Shown here: positions 27,347 to 36,233 of the stretch, piece by piece
Numbering within the stretch: position 1 is the first letter of the stretch
Layout of the letters: the number at the start of each line of letters is the position of its first letter
Source of the DNA: Planctomycetia bacterium
GTDB lineage: Bacteria > Planctomycetota > Planctomycetia > Gemmatales > HRBIN36
Assembly: GCA_016795155.1 (NCBI GenBank)
Contig: JAEUIE010000044.1
Span: 188,224 to 252,223 of the forward strand
Length of the DNA stretch: 64,000 bases
Direction: 5' to 3'
Translations under genes and position numbers: made by a program
Notes under the pieces: model-generated
Told to the model about the DNA's origin: nothing
The model's input: only the letters and a program-made list of their open reading frames with translations
Database searches by the model: none

Positions 27347-29227
27347 CTATTGCTTACCCGGTTGCTGCCTGACATTGAACTCCAGCTTCCATCGCTGTTT
27401 GCCATCGCGGCTGACACACCATAATTCCAGAGTGCCAATGCTGGTGACTGTCGTTTCGAGTTTCACAGGAATGGAACCCGTTGCTGTCGTTCCTTTCTTT
27501 CCGGTATCTGCTTTCAAGGCGGTTTCAATCGGGCTGAGTTCTTGAATGGTTTCCTCCCAATCATCAACCAAGGTACCTAATGCATCGCGGCGTAGATTGG
27601 AACCAAGAAACCGAAAGCGAACTGGCTCACCCACCACCAGGCCGAACTCCAGCCCTGGCACTGCTTCCGTGGTACCTTCTTCCATTCCCATCGGTGCAAC
27701 ACAGAGTGCACGAATCGGTGCAGGTCGGCCAGGCACTGCCGGACGTGCCGTTTCAATGCCAATGTAATAGGTCATGGCAATGCCGCCTCGAATGCGAACT
27801 CCCTTTCCTTTCTGCACCAACCCGTAATATGCTGCACCGCGAGCCACTGCCTGATCCAGATCGGTTCCTTCCAGCAAGCGTAACGGCGTCGACTTGGCTT
27901 CCTTGGCCCACTGGTTCAACTGCTCCATAATCCGTTGTTCAAACAGCCTGGCTTTGAAAACCCCACCATTGCAGAGCACCGCAGTAGGCATGGTCCGCAC
28001 TGGCTGACCAGCCTTCTGATAATGTGCCTTGAGTGCATCGGCATGGTTGCGTAAAAACTGCGCCAGATGACGGGTGATGACAGGATCATGCGAGTAAGGC
28101 AAGCCTATTTCCTGCAGACCGAATGCCATGCCTTTCTGGATTTCGGCTTGAGCAGGCACCAGTGGAAAGAATCCTTCCAGGATAACCTGCTGAATATCTT
28201 CTTTGGTTAATTCAACCGTGAGTGTGCCACCCACCAGTTTGCTGCCTTTGCCAAGAACGGTGACCGTTTGCGGCGACAGCTTGGCATCGGACAGCAGATT
28301 TTCCTTGGCAGTTCGACAGCTATGGGTCAAAGCGATGAACTGGCTGTTATCCAGCTTGCTTCCTTTGGCCTTGAGCTTTTCCTGCAGATGATGAGCCAGG
28401 GCCAGGTCCATGTTGTCGCCACCGAGAAGGATGTGATCGCCCACCGCCATGCGATTGAGTGCCAGTTTGCCCTTCTCTTCTGTCACGCTGATCAAACTGA
28501 GATCGCTGGTGCCTCCACCAATATCGCAGACCAGAATGACATCACCAACGTGAACCAGTTCTCGCCAGTTTTCCTGGTGCGTTTCAATCCACGAATAGAA
28601 AGCTGCCTGCGGTTCTTCCAGCAGCGTTAATTGTGTAAGCCCTGCCGACTGGGCCGCTTCCACCGTCAACTGCCGGGCTACGGCATCAAACGATGCTGGC
28701 ACTGTCAGAACAATCTCCTGATCTTCGAGCTTCGGCCCTTTCTTGCCCTGCGAGTGATTCCAGCTTTCCTTAAGGTGTTGCAGATACTTGGATGAAGCTT
28801 CCACCGGCGAGATGAGCCTGGTACTGGCAGGCACCGTCCCACCCGGCGTGGCTGGTGGCTGCCAGGGCAGGATCGCTGCATGCCGATCTACCCCCGAATG
28901 ACAAAGCCAACTCTTGGCGGATGAGACTATCCTGCCGGGTATCTTCGATCCCAGCGAACGTGCGTAAAGACCTGCCGCCTGGTCACGCTTGGCATCCCAG
29001 GGCAACGCCAGGCTGCCTGCAGGCACTTCACCTGATTGAGGCAAGTAGAGAAACGAAGGCAACAGCACATTCTCGGCTGTTTCTCCCTGCTGCACCACCT
29101 GGGTGACTGCAAAGGAGGATATCACCGGCCTTTCTGTTGGATCAGCTATCTCCTTAAATGGAGTCTGGGCCAGTGCCGTATTGGTCGTGCCCAGATCTAT
29201 TCCAATGACAAATTGATTATCCGACAT
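27347..29227 (-). CDS. Hsp70-family ATPase (non-DnaK paralog)
   Basis: 626 aa. IGIDLGTTNT phosphate-1 motif, DIGGGTSD phosphate-2, actin-fold layout. C-terminal region not DnaK-like. Confidence 0.85.
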   Translation of the reverse strand: MSDNQFVIGIDLGTTNTALAQTPFKEIADPTERPVISSFAVTQVVQQGETAENVLLPSFLYLPQSGEVPAGSLALPWDAKRDQAAGLYARSLGSKIPGRIVSSAKSWLCHSGVDRHAAILPWQPPATPGGTVPASTRLISPVEASSKYLQHLKESWNHSQGKKGPKLEDQEIVLTVPASFDAVARQLTVEAAQSAGLTQLTLLEEPQAAFYSWIETHQENWRELVHVGDVILVCDIGGGTSDLSLISVTEEKGKLALNRMAVGDHILLGGDNMDLALAHHLQEKLKAKGSKLDNSQFIALTHSCRTAKENLLSDAKLSPQTVTVLGKGSKLVGGTLTVELTKEDIQQVILEGFFPLVPAQAEIQKGMAFGLQEIGLPYSHDPVITRHLAQFLRNHADALKAHYQKAGQPVRTMPTAVLCNGGVFKARLFEQRIMEQLNQWAKEAKSTPLRLLEGTDLDQAVARGAAYYGLVQKGKGVRIRGGIAMTYYIGIETARPAVPGRPAPIRALCVAPMGMEEGTTEAVPGLEFGLVVGEPVRFRFLGSNLRRDALGTLVDDWEETIQELSPIETALKADTGKKGTTATGSIPVKLETTVTSIGTLELWCVSRDGKQRWKLEFNVRQQPGKQ

Positions 29228-29277
29228 CGTGTCTTCTCATGGTGTTAAAACTAAATACTTCAGCCCTTTTGCATGAA

Positions 29278-30033
29278 TTATGCCGAAGGGGCATAGATGG
29301 TTCGTCCGCCATCGACGGGGATGCAGACACCCGTGACGAAGTCGTTATCAATTAGAAAACTGACTGCCTGAGCAATATTCTCTGGTTTGCCTTCTCGTTT
29401 TACCAGAGTGGCGTTGATCGCCTCCTCCCGTTCGTGTGCGGGTAAATCGGGAGGCAACATGACCGGCCCAGGCAAAATACCATTAACCCGAACCGCCGGG
29501 TTGCGTGTACCTAGTTCCACTGCAAACATGCGCGTCAGCGTGGGGATAGCACCTTTGGAAGGGAAGTAGGCTGCATAGTTCAAATAAGGACGCTCACAGG
29601 CCCAATCTCCAATCGTTATGATGGTCCCGCCATTGGGTTGTTTGACCATGACTAGGCCTGCCTGTTGACAGCACAGAAAAGTACTCAGCGTGTTGGCATC
29701 CAGATTCTTTTTTACATCATCTGCGGTAACCTGTTCCAGAGGCTTACTACTCCAGATAGCTGCTGAATGCACCAGTACATCTATCCTTCCAAATTGCTGA
29801 TTGACTGATTGAATGAGCCGAGTAACTGCTGTTTCATCCGTCAAGTCTGCCTGGAATGCCTTGGCTTCTACTCCTAGTAGCTTCAATTGGGCTACAGTCT
29901 CTTGAGCCTCTTTTTCTGATGACCGGTAGTGAATCGCGAGCGCGTAGCCTCGTCGGGCCAGCGACTCGGCAATGACATTTCCCACCCGGCGCTTGCCACT
30001 GCCGGTGACGATTGCAACACGTGATTGATCCAT
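29278..30033 (-). CDS. Short-chain dehydrogenase/reductase (pteridine reductase/FolM-like)
   Basis: 251 aa. VTGSGKRRVGNVIA Rossmann motif, HYRSS, catalytic Y..SK (YFPSK). Confidence 0.8.
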   Translation of the reverse strand: MDQSRVAIVTGSGKRRVGNVIAESLARRGYALAIHYRSSEKEAQETVAQLKLLGVEAKAFQADLTDETAVTRLIQSVNQQFGRIDVLVHSAAIWSSKPLEQVTADDVKKNLDANTLSTFLCCQQAGLVMVKQPNGGTIITIGDWACERPYLNYAAYFPSKGAIPTLTRMFAVELGTRNPAVRVNGILPGPVMLPPDLPAHEREEAINATLVKREGKPENIAQAVSFLIDNDFVTGVCIPVDGGRTIYAPSA

Positions 30034-30206
30034 GAACTTATTCTACCAAGAACCAGCCGCTGATGGCTCGCTAGGGTCTGTGGACATATTCAATAAGTAG
30101 CAAGTAGCAGCTGGTTTAGCACTTACGTCTCCTTGCCCAATTTGACAATTGTTATCCTGCAAGGAGTTACGTCGAATAGGTCAACACGCCCTAGGTATCA
30201 ATAAAG

Positions 30207-30235
30207 AAACCCTTCGATGTGATATCGAAGGGTTT
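30207..30235 (-). terminator. Rho-independent terminator downstream of tRNA-Ala
   Basis: AAACCCTTCGAT / ATCGAAGGGTTT 12-bp stem with 5-nt loop, followed on the minus strand by TTTCTTTATT. Confidence 0.7.
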
Positions 30236-30242
30236 TGATAAG

Positions 30243-30315
<73 letters not shown>

Positions 30316-30330
30316 AAGAGGTCATGCAGA

Positions 30331-30358
30331 ATCTTATCTGTTCACCCGGCTTTGTCAA
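30331..30358 (-). promoter_or_regulatory. Candidate sigma70 promoter for tRNA-Ala (TTGACA-16 nt-TAAGAT)
   Basis: Minus-strand TTGACA at 30353-30358 and TAAGAT at 30331-30336, about 15 nt upstream of the mature tRNA 5' end. Confidence 0.45.
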
Positions 30359-30383
30359 CTCCGTAGCCTCGTGGCCATCGGCG

Positions 30384-31010
30384 TTATTGCTTCAAAGCAT
30401 TGTAACTGGTGATCAGATTGCGGTAGGCAGGCAGGTGATTGGAGAAGAGCGCTGCCAGTCCTTCAATATCATTTCGCCAATCGCGGTGCAGTTCGCAGGC
30501 CATGCCAAACCAGGTTATCAGTTGCACACCAGCCGCCTGCATGCGCATCCAGGCTGCATCGCGTGTCGTTTTATTGAATGTACCCGAAGCATCGGTAACC
30601 ACAAAGACTTCATACCCTTCCTCCCGTGCAGAAAGAGCCGGGAAAGCGACACAAACTTCGGTAACAACACCAGCAATAATTAGCTGTTTCTTCCCAGTAG
30701 CCTTCACCGCTTTGACAAAGTCTTCATTGTCCCAGGCATTGATATTGCCTGGCCGGGCGATGTAAGATGCCTTGGGGAAGAGTTCCTTGAGTTCAGGCAC
30801 CAGAGGCCCGTTCGGCCCGTTTTCGAAACTCGTGGTCAGAATGGTCGGAAGCTTGAAATACTTCGCAGCATCCGCCAGCGCCAGTACATTGTTCTTGAAA
30901 TCGTCTGGCGAAAAATCACCCACGATGTTGCACAGCCCCGATTGATGATCGACCAGCAGAACTGCTGCATCGTTTTTATCCAACCTGCGATATTGGAATG
31001 ACTGGCTCAT
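30384..31010 (-). CDS. Isochorismatase-family cysteine hydrolase (YcaC-like)
   Basis: 208 aa. LLVDHQ (Asp), catalytic Cys context GVVTEVCVAFPAL. Confidence 0.85.
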   Translation of the reverse strand: MSQSFQYRRLDKNDAAVLLVDHQSGLCNIVGDFSPDDFKNNVLALADAAKYFKLPTILTTSFENGPNGPLVPELKELFPKASYIARPGNINAWDNEDFVKAVKATGKKQLIIAGVVTEVCVAFPALSAREEGYEVFVVTDASGTFNKTTRDAAWMRMQAAGVQLITWFGMACELHRDWRNDIEGLAALFSNHLPAYRNLITSYNALKQ

Positions 31011-31079
31011 GGTGTCCTCCTCGTGTTGCTCTATGTCTCAAAGTAAGATTATTACCTTTTACGCAAACCGAGTAATGTT

Positions 31080-31227
31080 CCCTCTCCCCTCTGGGGAGAG
31101 GGTTAGGGTGAGGGGTTATTCTTCAATGGCGCAGCCCTACATGTTATGAACACATACATATCACGAAGGGCTTCGCCATCAGTGAATCCCCTCACCCCCG
31201 GCCCCTCTCCCCGAGGGGGAGAGGGGA
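31080..31227. repeat. ~150-nt composite palindromic element (MITE/REP-like) built from inverted copies of the G/C-tract repeat
   Basis: Left arm CCCTCTCCCCTCTGGGGAGAGGGTTAGGGTGAGGGG (31080-31115). Right arm 31188-31227 is its inverted copy. Inner inverted pair ATGGCGCAGCCCT (31126-31138) / AGGGCTTCGCCAT (31167-31179), 12/13. Confidence 0.75.
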
Positions 31228-31244
31228 GAAAGTCAGATTGATGC

Positions 31245-32174
31245 TCAGTTGGAGTTTTTAAACAAATCAAGAAACCGGTCTTCAAACTCCTTAAACACTT
31301 TCAATCGATCCAGTTCTTGTTTGAGTTCAAAGGCTTTCTTCCGGTCACCACCAGCTTCATCAAAAAGCTTGTCGAGCCTGGCATGATCTTCCGGCGTCAG
31401 TTTCTCCATGGCAGTTGCTTCAACAGGTTTTTCCACTTCGGACGATGTGATGGGATGTCCCAGTTGTTCCTCAACCTGGCTGAGCAGCGCTCCCAGTTGA
31501 TCATCCATCTGGCTAGCCTGGCTAGCCAGTTCAGTCAGATCAACTTCGATCCCCATCAGTGAAGTAAAAACTTCCAGCACGGCTAGTGATGCTTTGGGGA
31601 AAGGAAGTTGGCTAAATACGTGAGGCATTTCTCCCAGCAGGCAACCGCCTTGAAGTCCTTTTTCTGCTGCAACCCCCAGGAGCAAACCATTCAAACCACT
31701 GATTTGCCCTTCTTCCAAAATCTGCACTGGTTGATTCTGGATTTCCTTGAGCGATTCCTCATGGGTGGCAGCAAAGAAAACCCTTGAATCATGCTGTGGA
31801 TGCATCTGGGTAGCCATCGCGGCAAAGGTATATATTCGTTCCACGCCAATACGCATGGCAAATTCGATGATCGATTGACAATATTGATGTTTGCCTAACT
31901 GTGGTTGAGCTTCCCCAAGGAATATTACTAGATCATGTTCCTGGCTCGGATTTGACCAGTAGAAAAACCGGCTGCGTGGTCTGCGACCCGTATGAAGAAT
32001 ACCTTTATCTATCACCACATGATCCACTTCGAACAGATCGCTGACTTGCAGTTCGGCCAATACAGCCATCTCCAGGTTGGACATCAGGAAATAACCTGCA
32101 TTGATGGCGACGTGCCCAATACCAGGCCAGACTGCAACCATCCAGGGCTTACGAAGGTTGACGGAAGGTTCCAT
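31245..32174 (-). CDS. PAC2 (proteasome assembly chaperone 2-like) family protein with acidic/coiled C-terminal extension
   Basis: 309 aa. N-terminal PWMVAVWPGIGHVAINAGYFL resembles the PGIG.VG motif of PAC2/PbaA-type proteins. Assignment by eye only. Confidence 0.55.
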   Translation of the reverse strand: MEPSVNLRKPWMVAVWPGIGHVAINAGYFLMSNLEMAVLAELQVSDLFEVDHVVIDKGILHTGRRPRSRFFYWSNPSQEHDLVIFLGEAQPQLGKHQYCQSIIEFAMRIGVERIYTFAAMATQMHPQHDSRVFFAATHEESLKEIQNQPVQILEEGQISGLNGLLLGVAAEKGLQGGCLLGEMPHVFSQLPFPKASLAVLEVFTSLMGIEVDLTELASQASQMDDQLGALLSQVEEQLGHPITSSEVEKPVEATAMEKLTPEDHARLDKLFDEAGGDRKKAFELKQELDRLKVFKEFEDRFLDLFKNSN

Positions 32175-32286
32175 GATTTCCTTTGCCTGTAATCAAGCTG
32201 AAAATTTGAATCTGATTGAGGATACCAGATAGCAAGCCTTTATTGTAAACAAAGCTCTCACGAATGCTCATTTTATCAAGTGAAAT

Positions 32287-32466
32287 TTACTCTCTTTTCT
32301 TTTCAACTGATCGAACTCTTTTCCGGGCGCCATCATCATGCAGCATGCGATAGCTGGCATTTTCCAGATGATCGAACTGGCCAGTTTGGATGCACCAGCG
32401 GAAGGCAAGAAATGCAGCGAGTACCAGAAGTAGCGCCACGGGCAAGGCAATGTAGATCACACTCAT
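32287..32466 (-). CDS. ccoS: cbb3 oxidase maturation protein CcoS/FixS
   Basis: 59 aa: MSVIYIALPVALLLVLAAFLAFRWCIQTGQFDHLE... (single TM + SGQFDD-like motif). ATG overlaps the ccoI stop (ATGA). The 100-aa track ORF is an N-terminal over-extension. Confidence 0.85.
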   Translation of the reverse strand: MSVIYIALPVALLLVLAAFLAFRWCIQTGQFDHLENASYRMLHDDGARKRVRSVEKKRE

Positions 32467-34949
32467 GAGTCGCTCCTGAATGTTTGCTGGCTGGCAGCAA
32501 GTACAGTGACGGTGAGTGAACTGATCGGCATGAGGATGGCTGCCAGCAGGGGCGTGATGTACCCAGAAACAGCCAGTCCCATTGCACATAAATTATATCC
32601 TAGCGAGATGATCAATCCCCGACGAATGGCCTGCAGTGTACGTTTGCTGCCTTGCATAAGATCCAGAAGTGGTGCGAGCCCCGGCGTTCCCAGGTAAACG
32701 GGTGCAGTCTGCAACGCCACTTCTGCACCGCCTTGAACTGCAATTCCCACGGAAGCTGCAGCCAATGCCGCAGCGTCATTCACACCATCCCCCACCATCA
32801 CCACAGTACCGAACTGATTACGGGAATGCTTTACGATCTCCAGTTTGTGTTCTGGAGTTACCTCGCCGTAAGCCATGCTATCCGGTATCTGCAACTGGTC
32901 TGCAACCTGCCGAACAATGGATTGATGATCTCCGGAGAGAATACCAACTTGCCAGCCAGCCTGGCGCAGCGTCTGAAGACTGTCTGCCGCATCTCTGCGA
33001 ATGGCATCACCAAGGGCTGCCTGGGCTACCAGATTGCCATCGCAGGCAACGTAGATCGGCGTCCAGCCTGCCCTCAGCCAACCTGAGACCCTTTTAGTTG
33101 ACGAGACCGATAACGGAATCTGGAATCGTTCCATCATGGCTCGCGACCCGGCAACAAGATGCTGTCCATCCACCCAGCCTTCGACACCATATCCTGAGTG
33201 ATACTGCTGTTCCCGGCATAATGCAGGCTTGATATTTCCCATTCGCTCCCGCAGTGCATTGACCATTGAAACTGCCAAAGGATGGACAATGCCCTGTTCC
33301 AGGGCAAGAACGCCCGGCATGAACCGCTCATCCCCTTGCCAGTCCTTCAGTGTCACTTTCCCTTCGGTTATCGTGCCTGTCTTATCGAGCCAGACCATGC
33401 CCGGCTGGCTGAGTAGTTCAAAGACATCTCCTCGGCGAATGAGAATCTTCTGTCTCGCAGCCCGCCCCTGGGCGATGGCAATCGTCATGGGAGTGGCCAG
33501 CCCCAGGGCACAGGGACATGCGACAATGAGCAGAGCAATCGTGTGGTTGATGGCGATGACTGCACCCTGATGCCACCAGATGCCGAGCGTGACTGCAGCA
33601 AGCGTCAGCACCAGGTAGATGAAATAACCAGAAACACGATTAGCCAGTTCGACGATGGGGGTATGTGCCAGCGAAGCTGACTCGACCAGGTCCATCAGCT
33701 TGCCGATGCGACTGTCTTTTCCAATCGCAGCAACCCTCAGCCTCAGCACGCTGCCCAGGTTGGTAGCCCCGGCTGTGACAATACCGCCAGGTTGTATAGG
33801 TACACCAGCAGATTCCCCCGTCAGCAGGGATTGGTCAAGCGTGGATTGTCCGGAAAGCACAACGCCATCGGCTGGCAACAGGTCTCCCACTCGCACTTCC
33901 ACCTCGTCGCCCGGCTTCAGGGACACAGTGGGCACGCTTTCGATTCCTGTCGGGATTACGCGAAAGGCAATGCGAGGTGTCAGGCTGCGAAGCAACGACA
34001 GACTCTCCGCAGCACGCTGTTGTTGACGATACTGCAGAAAACGACCAATCAACAAGACAAAGATGAGCATGCACAGCGAATCGAAATAAATCTCCCCATT
34101 GCCCATGATGGTGTTGTAGATACCCATGATGCCGCCCGCTGCCAGGCCAATGGCGAGCGAGATATCCATATGTGGCATCCGGGCTCGCAGAGCATGCCAG
34201 GCCCCCCGGAAAAAGGTCGCTCCCGGCCAAAGCAGTGCAATCAGCCCCAGACCTGCGCTCACCCATCGCAAAATCGTTTCATGCTCGTGCGAGATGCCAT
34301 CAAATAATCCTCCGTAGAGGGCAAAAGCAATCAACATGCTGTTGCCTGCACAAAGCCCCGCCATGCCGAGCCTGACCAGATGCTGATGCATCTCCTTACG
34401 ATGTAGCGAGGTGCGGTGAGTTTCACTGGCAGGGTGACAGGCATAGCCCAATCGGGAAAGTTGACAGGCAATCTTCGAAAGTGGTAACTGCGACTGGTTC
34501 CAGCGTATCAGCACCTGGCGTGAAAGCAGCTGAGCTCGACTTTCCTGCACACCCTGGCAGAGCAACGGCAACTTTTCCACCAGCCAGACACATGCCGCAC
34601 AGTGCATCCCTTCCAGAATGAGACGTACTTCACTTAATCCACCTGGCAATTGACGGACATAGGTTGATTGGAAGGTTGGATCATCCATTTCCGAGTAATC
34701 ATCAGGCAGATTCCTGGCCTGAAGTGGTTGTGAATCAACCGAGCGACAGATCTGATAGAACGCATCCAATCCTTCGGCATGCAACAATTGCCAGACCGTG
34801 CTGCAACCCGAACAACAGAACTGTTCCTTTGCCCCAGGCGCCACCAATCCGGCTGGTACCGGCAATTGACAATGGGAACAAATCACCTCACTTCGCGTCG
34901 CTGAAGTGTGTACCGCTGAGCGAGATGGAAGTGCCAGGCTAGTCGTCAT
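32463..34949 (-). CDS. ccoI: Copper-translocating P1B-type ATPase CcoI/FixI
   Basis: CPC (VACPCALGLATP), DKTGTIT, GDGVNDA, N-terminal Cys-rich region (CSHCQLPV..CCSGC) and GMHCAACV HMA motif. ATG at 34949 preferred over 35003. Confidence 0.9.
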   Translation of the reverse strand: MTTSLALPSRSAVHTSATRSEVICSHCQLPVPAGLVAPGAKEQFCCSGCSTVWQLLHAEGLDAFYQICRSVDSQPLQARNLPDDYSEMDDPTFQSTYVRQLPGGLSEVRLILEGMHCAACVWLVEKLPLLCQGVQESRAQLLSRQVLIRWNQSQLPLSKIACQLSRLGYACHPASETHRTSLHRKEMHQHLVRLGMAGLCAGNSMLIAFALYGGLFDGISHEHETILRWVSAGLGLIALLWPGATFFRGAWHALRARMPHMDISLAIGLAAGGIMGIYNTIMGNGEIYFDSLCMLIFVLLIGRFLQYRQQQRAAESLSLLRSLTPRIAFRVIPTGIESVPTVSLKPGDEVEVRVGDLLPADGVVLSGQSTLDQSLLTGESAGVPIQPGGIVTAGATNLGSVLRLRVAAIGKDSRIGKLMDLVESASLAHTPIVELANRVSGYFIYLVLTLAAVTLGIWWHQGAVIAINHTIALLIVACPCALGLATPMTIAIAQGRAARQKILIRRGDVFELLSQPGMVWLDKTGTITEGKVTLKDWQGDERFMPGVLALEQGIVHPLAVSMVNALRERMGNIKPALCREQQYHSGYGVEGWVDGQHLVAGSRAMMERFQIPLSVSSTKRVSGWLRAGWTPIYVACDGNLVAQAALGDAIRRDAADSLQTLRQAGWQVGILSGDHQSIVRQVADQLQIPDSMAYGEVTPEHKLEIVKHSRNQFGTVVMVGDGVNDAAALAAASVGIAVQGGAEVALQTAPVYLGTPGLAPLLDLMQGSKRTLQAIRRGLIISLGYNLCAMGLAVSGYITPLLAAILMPISSLTVTVLAASQQTFRSDS

Positions 34950-35700
34950 GGCAGCACGGTAGTTTCGTTGTAGAAAGTTGTGGTATCGCTTCAGCACCGA
35001 CAAACTCGTTATTCGAGTGAATCGATAACCCGAACGTAGATCGATGCATCAATGTCATCGAGCCAAGAACCAGACAAGCGGCAATTGCAATCCAGGGCGT
35101 GGCTGATCGCCAGTGCTGCGATAGATGGCCTGCGGAAACACCAATCAAGCTCAGCATTGGTAAGGTTCCCAGCCAGAATGCCAGCATGATGACCATGCCA
35201 CTGACCACATCGCCACTACCTGCAGCCACTATGACAAAAGCGTATAACCAGCCACATGGAATCCAGGTGGTAAGCAGGCCGATCCACCAGGAACGGAAAA
35301 CTTCTGGCCAGGCTTTCGCCCAACGAAACCCGGCATAAATCCCTTTCACCCAGTGCTGCGGTATCGGCAGATGCTGTATTGGCACACCCGCTTGTCGCAA
35401 TAGCAACACTACAGCGCTCAGGAACATGGTGGCAGCCGCCAGGTACGCTGCCCCACGCTGCGACTCAACGAGCCAACCGGTGGAGTTCAAAGCCTGGCCT
35501 AACGCCCCGGCCAGCGTACCAAGCAGTACATAGGTTGTCAGCCTGCCCAGGTGGTAGGCTGTCAGCTTGCTGGACACACCTCGATCAGTTTCACCGGGTT
35601 TACCCGTCAACAGAAGCACAAACGGCCCGCACATACCGGCGCAATGTGTGCTGCCTAACAGGCTCGCTGCGACAATAGTCACCAGCAGTTCCAGATTCAT
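34939..35700 (-). CDS. TauE/SafE-like (COG2836-type) membrane protein with HCxxMCGP motif
   Basis: 253 aa, ~6-7 TM, N-terminal GSTHCAGMCGPF. ATGA overlap with fixH stop. Embedded in the cco maturation genes. Confidence 0.7.
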   Translation of the reverse strand: MNLELLVTIVAASLLGSTHCAGMCGPFVLLLTGKPGETDRGVSSKLTAYHLGRLTTYVLLGTLAGALGQALNSTGWLVESQRGAAYLAAATMFLSAVVLLLRQAGVPIQHLPIPQHWVKGIYAGFRWAKAWPEVFRSWWIGLLTTWIPCGWLYAFVIVAAGSGDVVSGMVIMLAFWLGTLPMLSLIGVSAGHLSQHWRSATPWIAIAACLVLGSMTLMHRSTFGLSIHSNNEFVGAEAIPQLSTTKLPCCHDD

Positions 35701-36233
35701 GAACTGAATCTCCAGAACTTTTCCTGTCGATCAACGAAGTGCTCGCCATCGCGAATTACGTTCAGATCAATCTGCCAGACCCCTGTTCTACCCAGTCGAG
35801 CCTGTCCGCGGTAAAGCCCCGTCTGATGCCCAACCGGCGTTAGCCGTACTTGTTGTCGCTGATTTCCCCGGGCATGGTGCCAGAGTTCCACGCTCACCTG
35901 TGCCATCTCCACCGGCTGATCCTGTGCGTTCTTTATCTCTACCGTGAAACTGTGAACAGGAGAACTACTGCTTGGAGTCTCAAGGTACACCTTCCACTTC
36001 CAACCCAGCCGCTCACTGGCTTGTCGTTCGCTTAGGATCTTGTCGTGTTCCATCGCCTGCTGATGATAATTGGGAATGACAGAATGCGTAGGATCACTGG
36101 TTGCCAGAACGATGGCAACCATACTCATGGAAAACTGAACCACAAAGAAACCTGCAATCAGGCCGCCCCACATCAGCCGGGCACGTCGTTCCGATTGCTG
36201 TTCCAGTTCGATCACGGCCCCAGTAGACGACAT
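35697..36233 (-). CDS. FixH-family protein
   Basis: 178 aa. One N-terminal TM then a beta-rich periplasmic domain. Position between ccoG and ccoI is typical of FixH/CcoH. Confidence 0.7.
   Translation of the reverse strand: MSSTGAVIELEQQSERRARLMWGGLIAGFFVVQFSMSMVAIVLATSDPTHSVIPNYHQQAMEHDKILSERQASERLGWKWKVYLETPSSSSPVHSFTVEIKNAQDQPVEMAQVSVELWHHARGNQRQQVRLTPVGHQTGLYRGQARLGRTGVWQIDLNVIRDGEHFVDRQEKFWRFSS

Noticed and set aside
31103-31285. 60-aa minus-strand ORF
   Set aside because: Its translation (..SPPRGEGPGVRG..) is generated by the G/C-tract palindromic repeat, and it overlaps the 3' end of the PAC2-family gene.
32287-32589. 100-aa version of the ccoS ORF
   Set aside because: The first 41 codons overlap the ccoI 3' end and are Cys/His-rich nonsense. 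The internal ATG at 32466 gives a canonical 59-aa CcoS with an ATGA junction.
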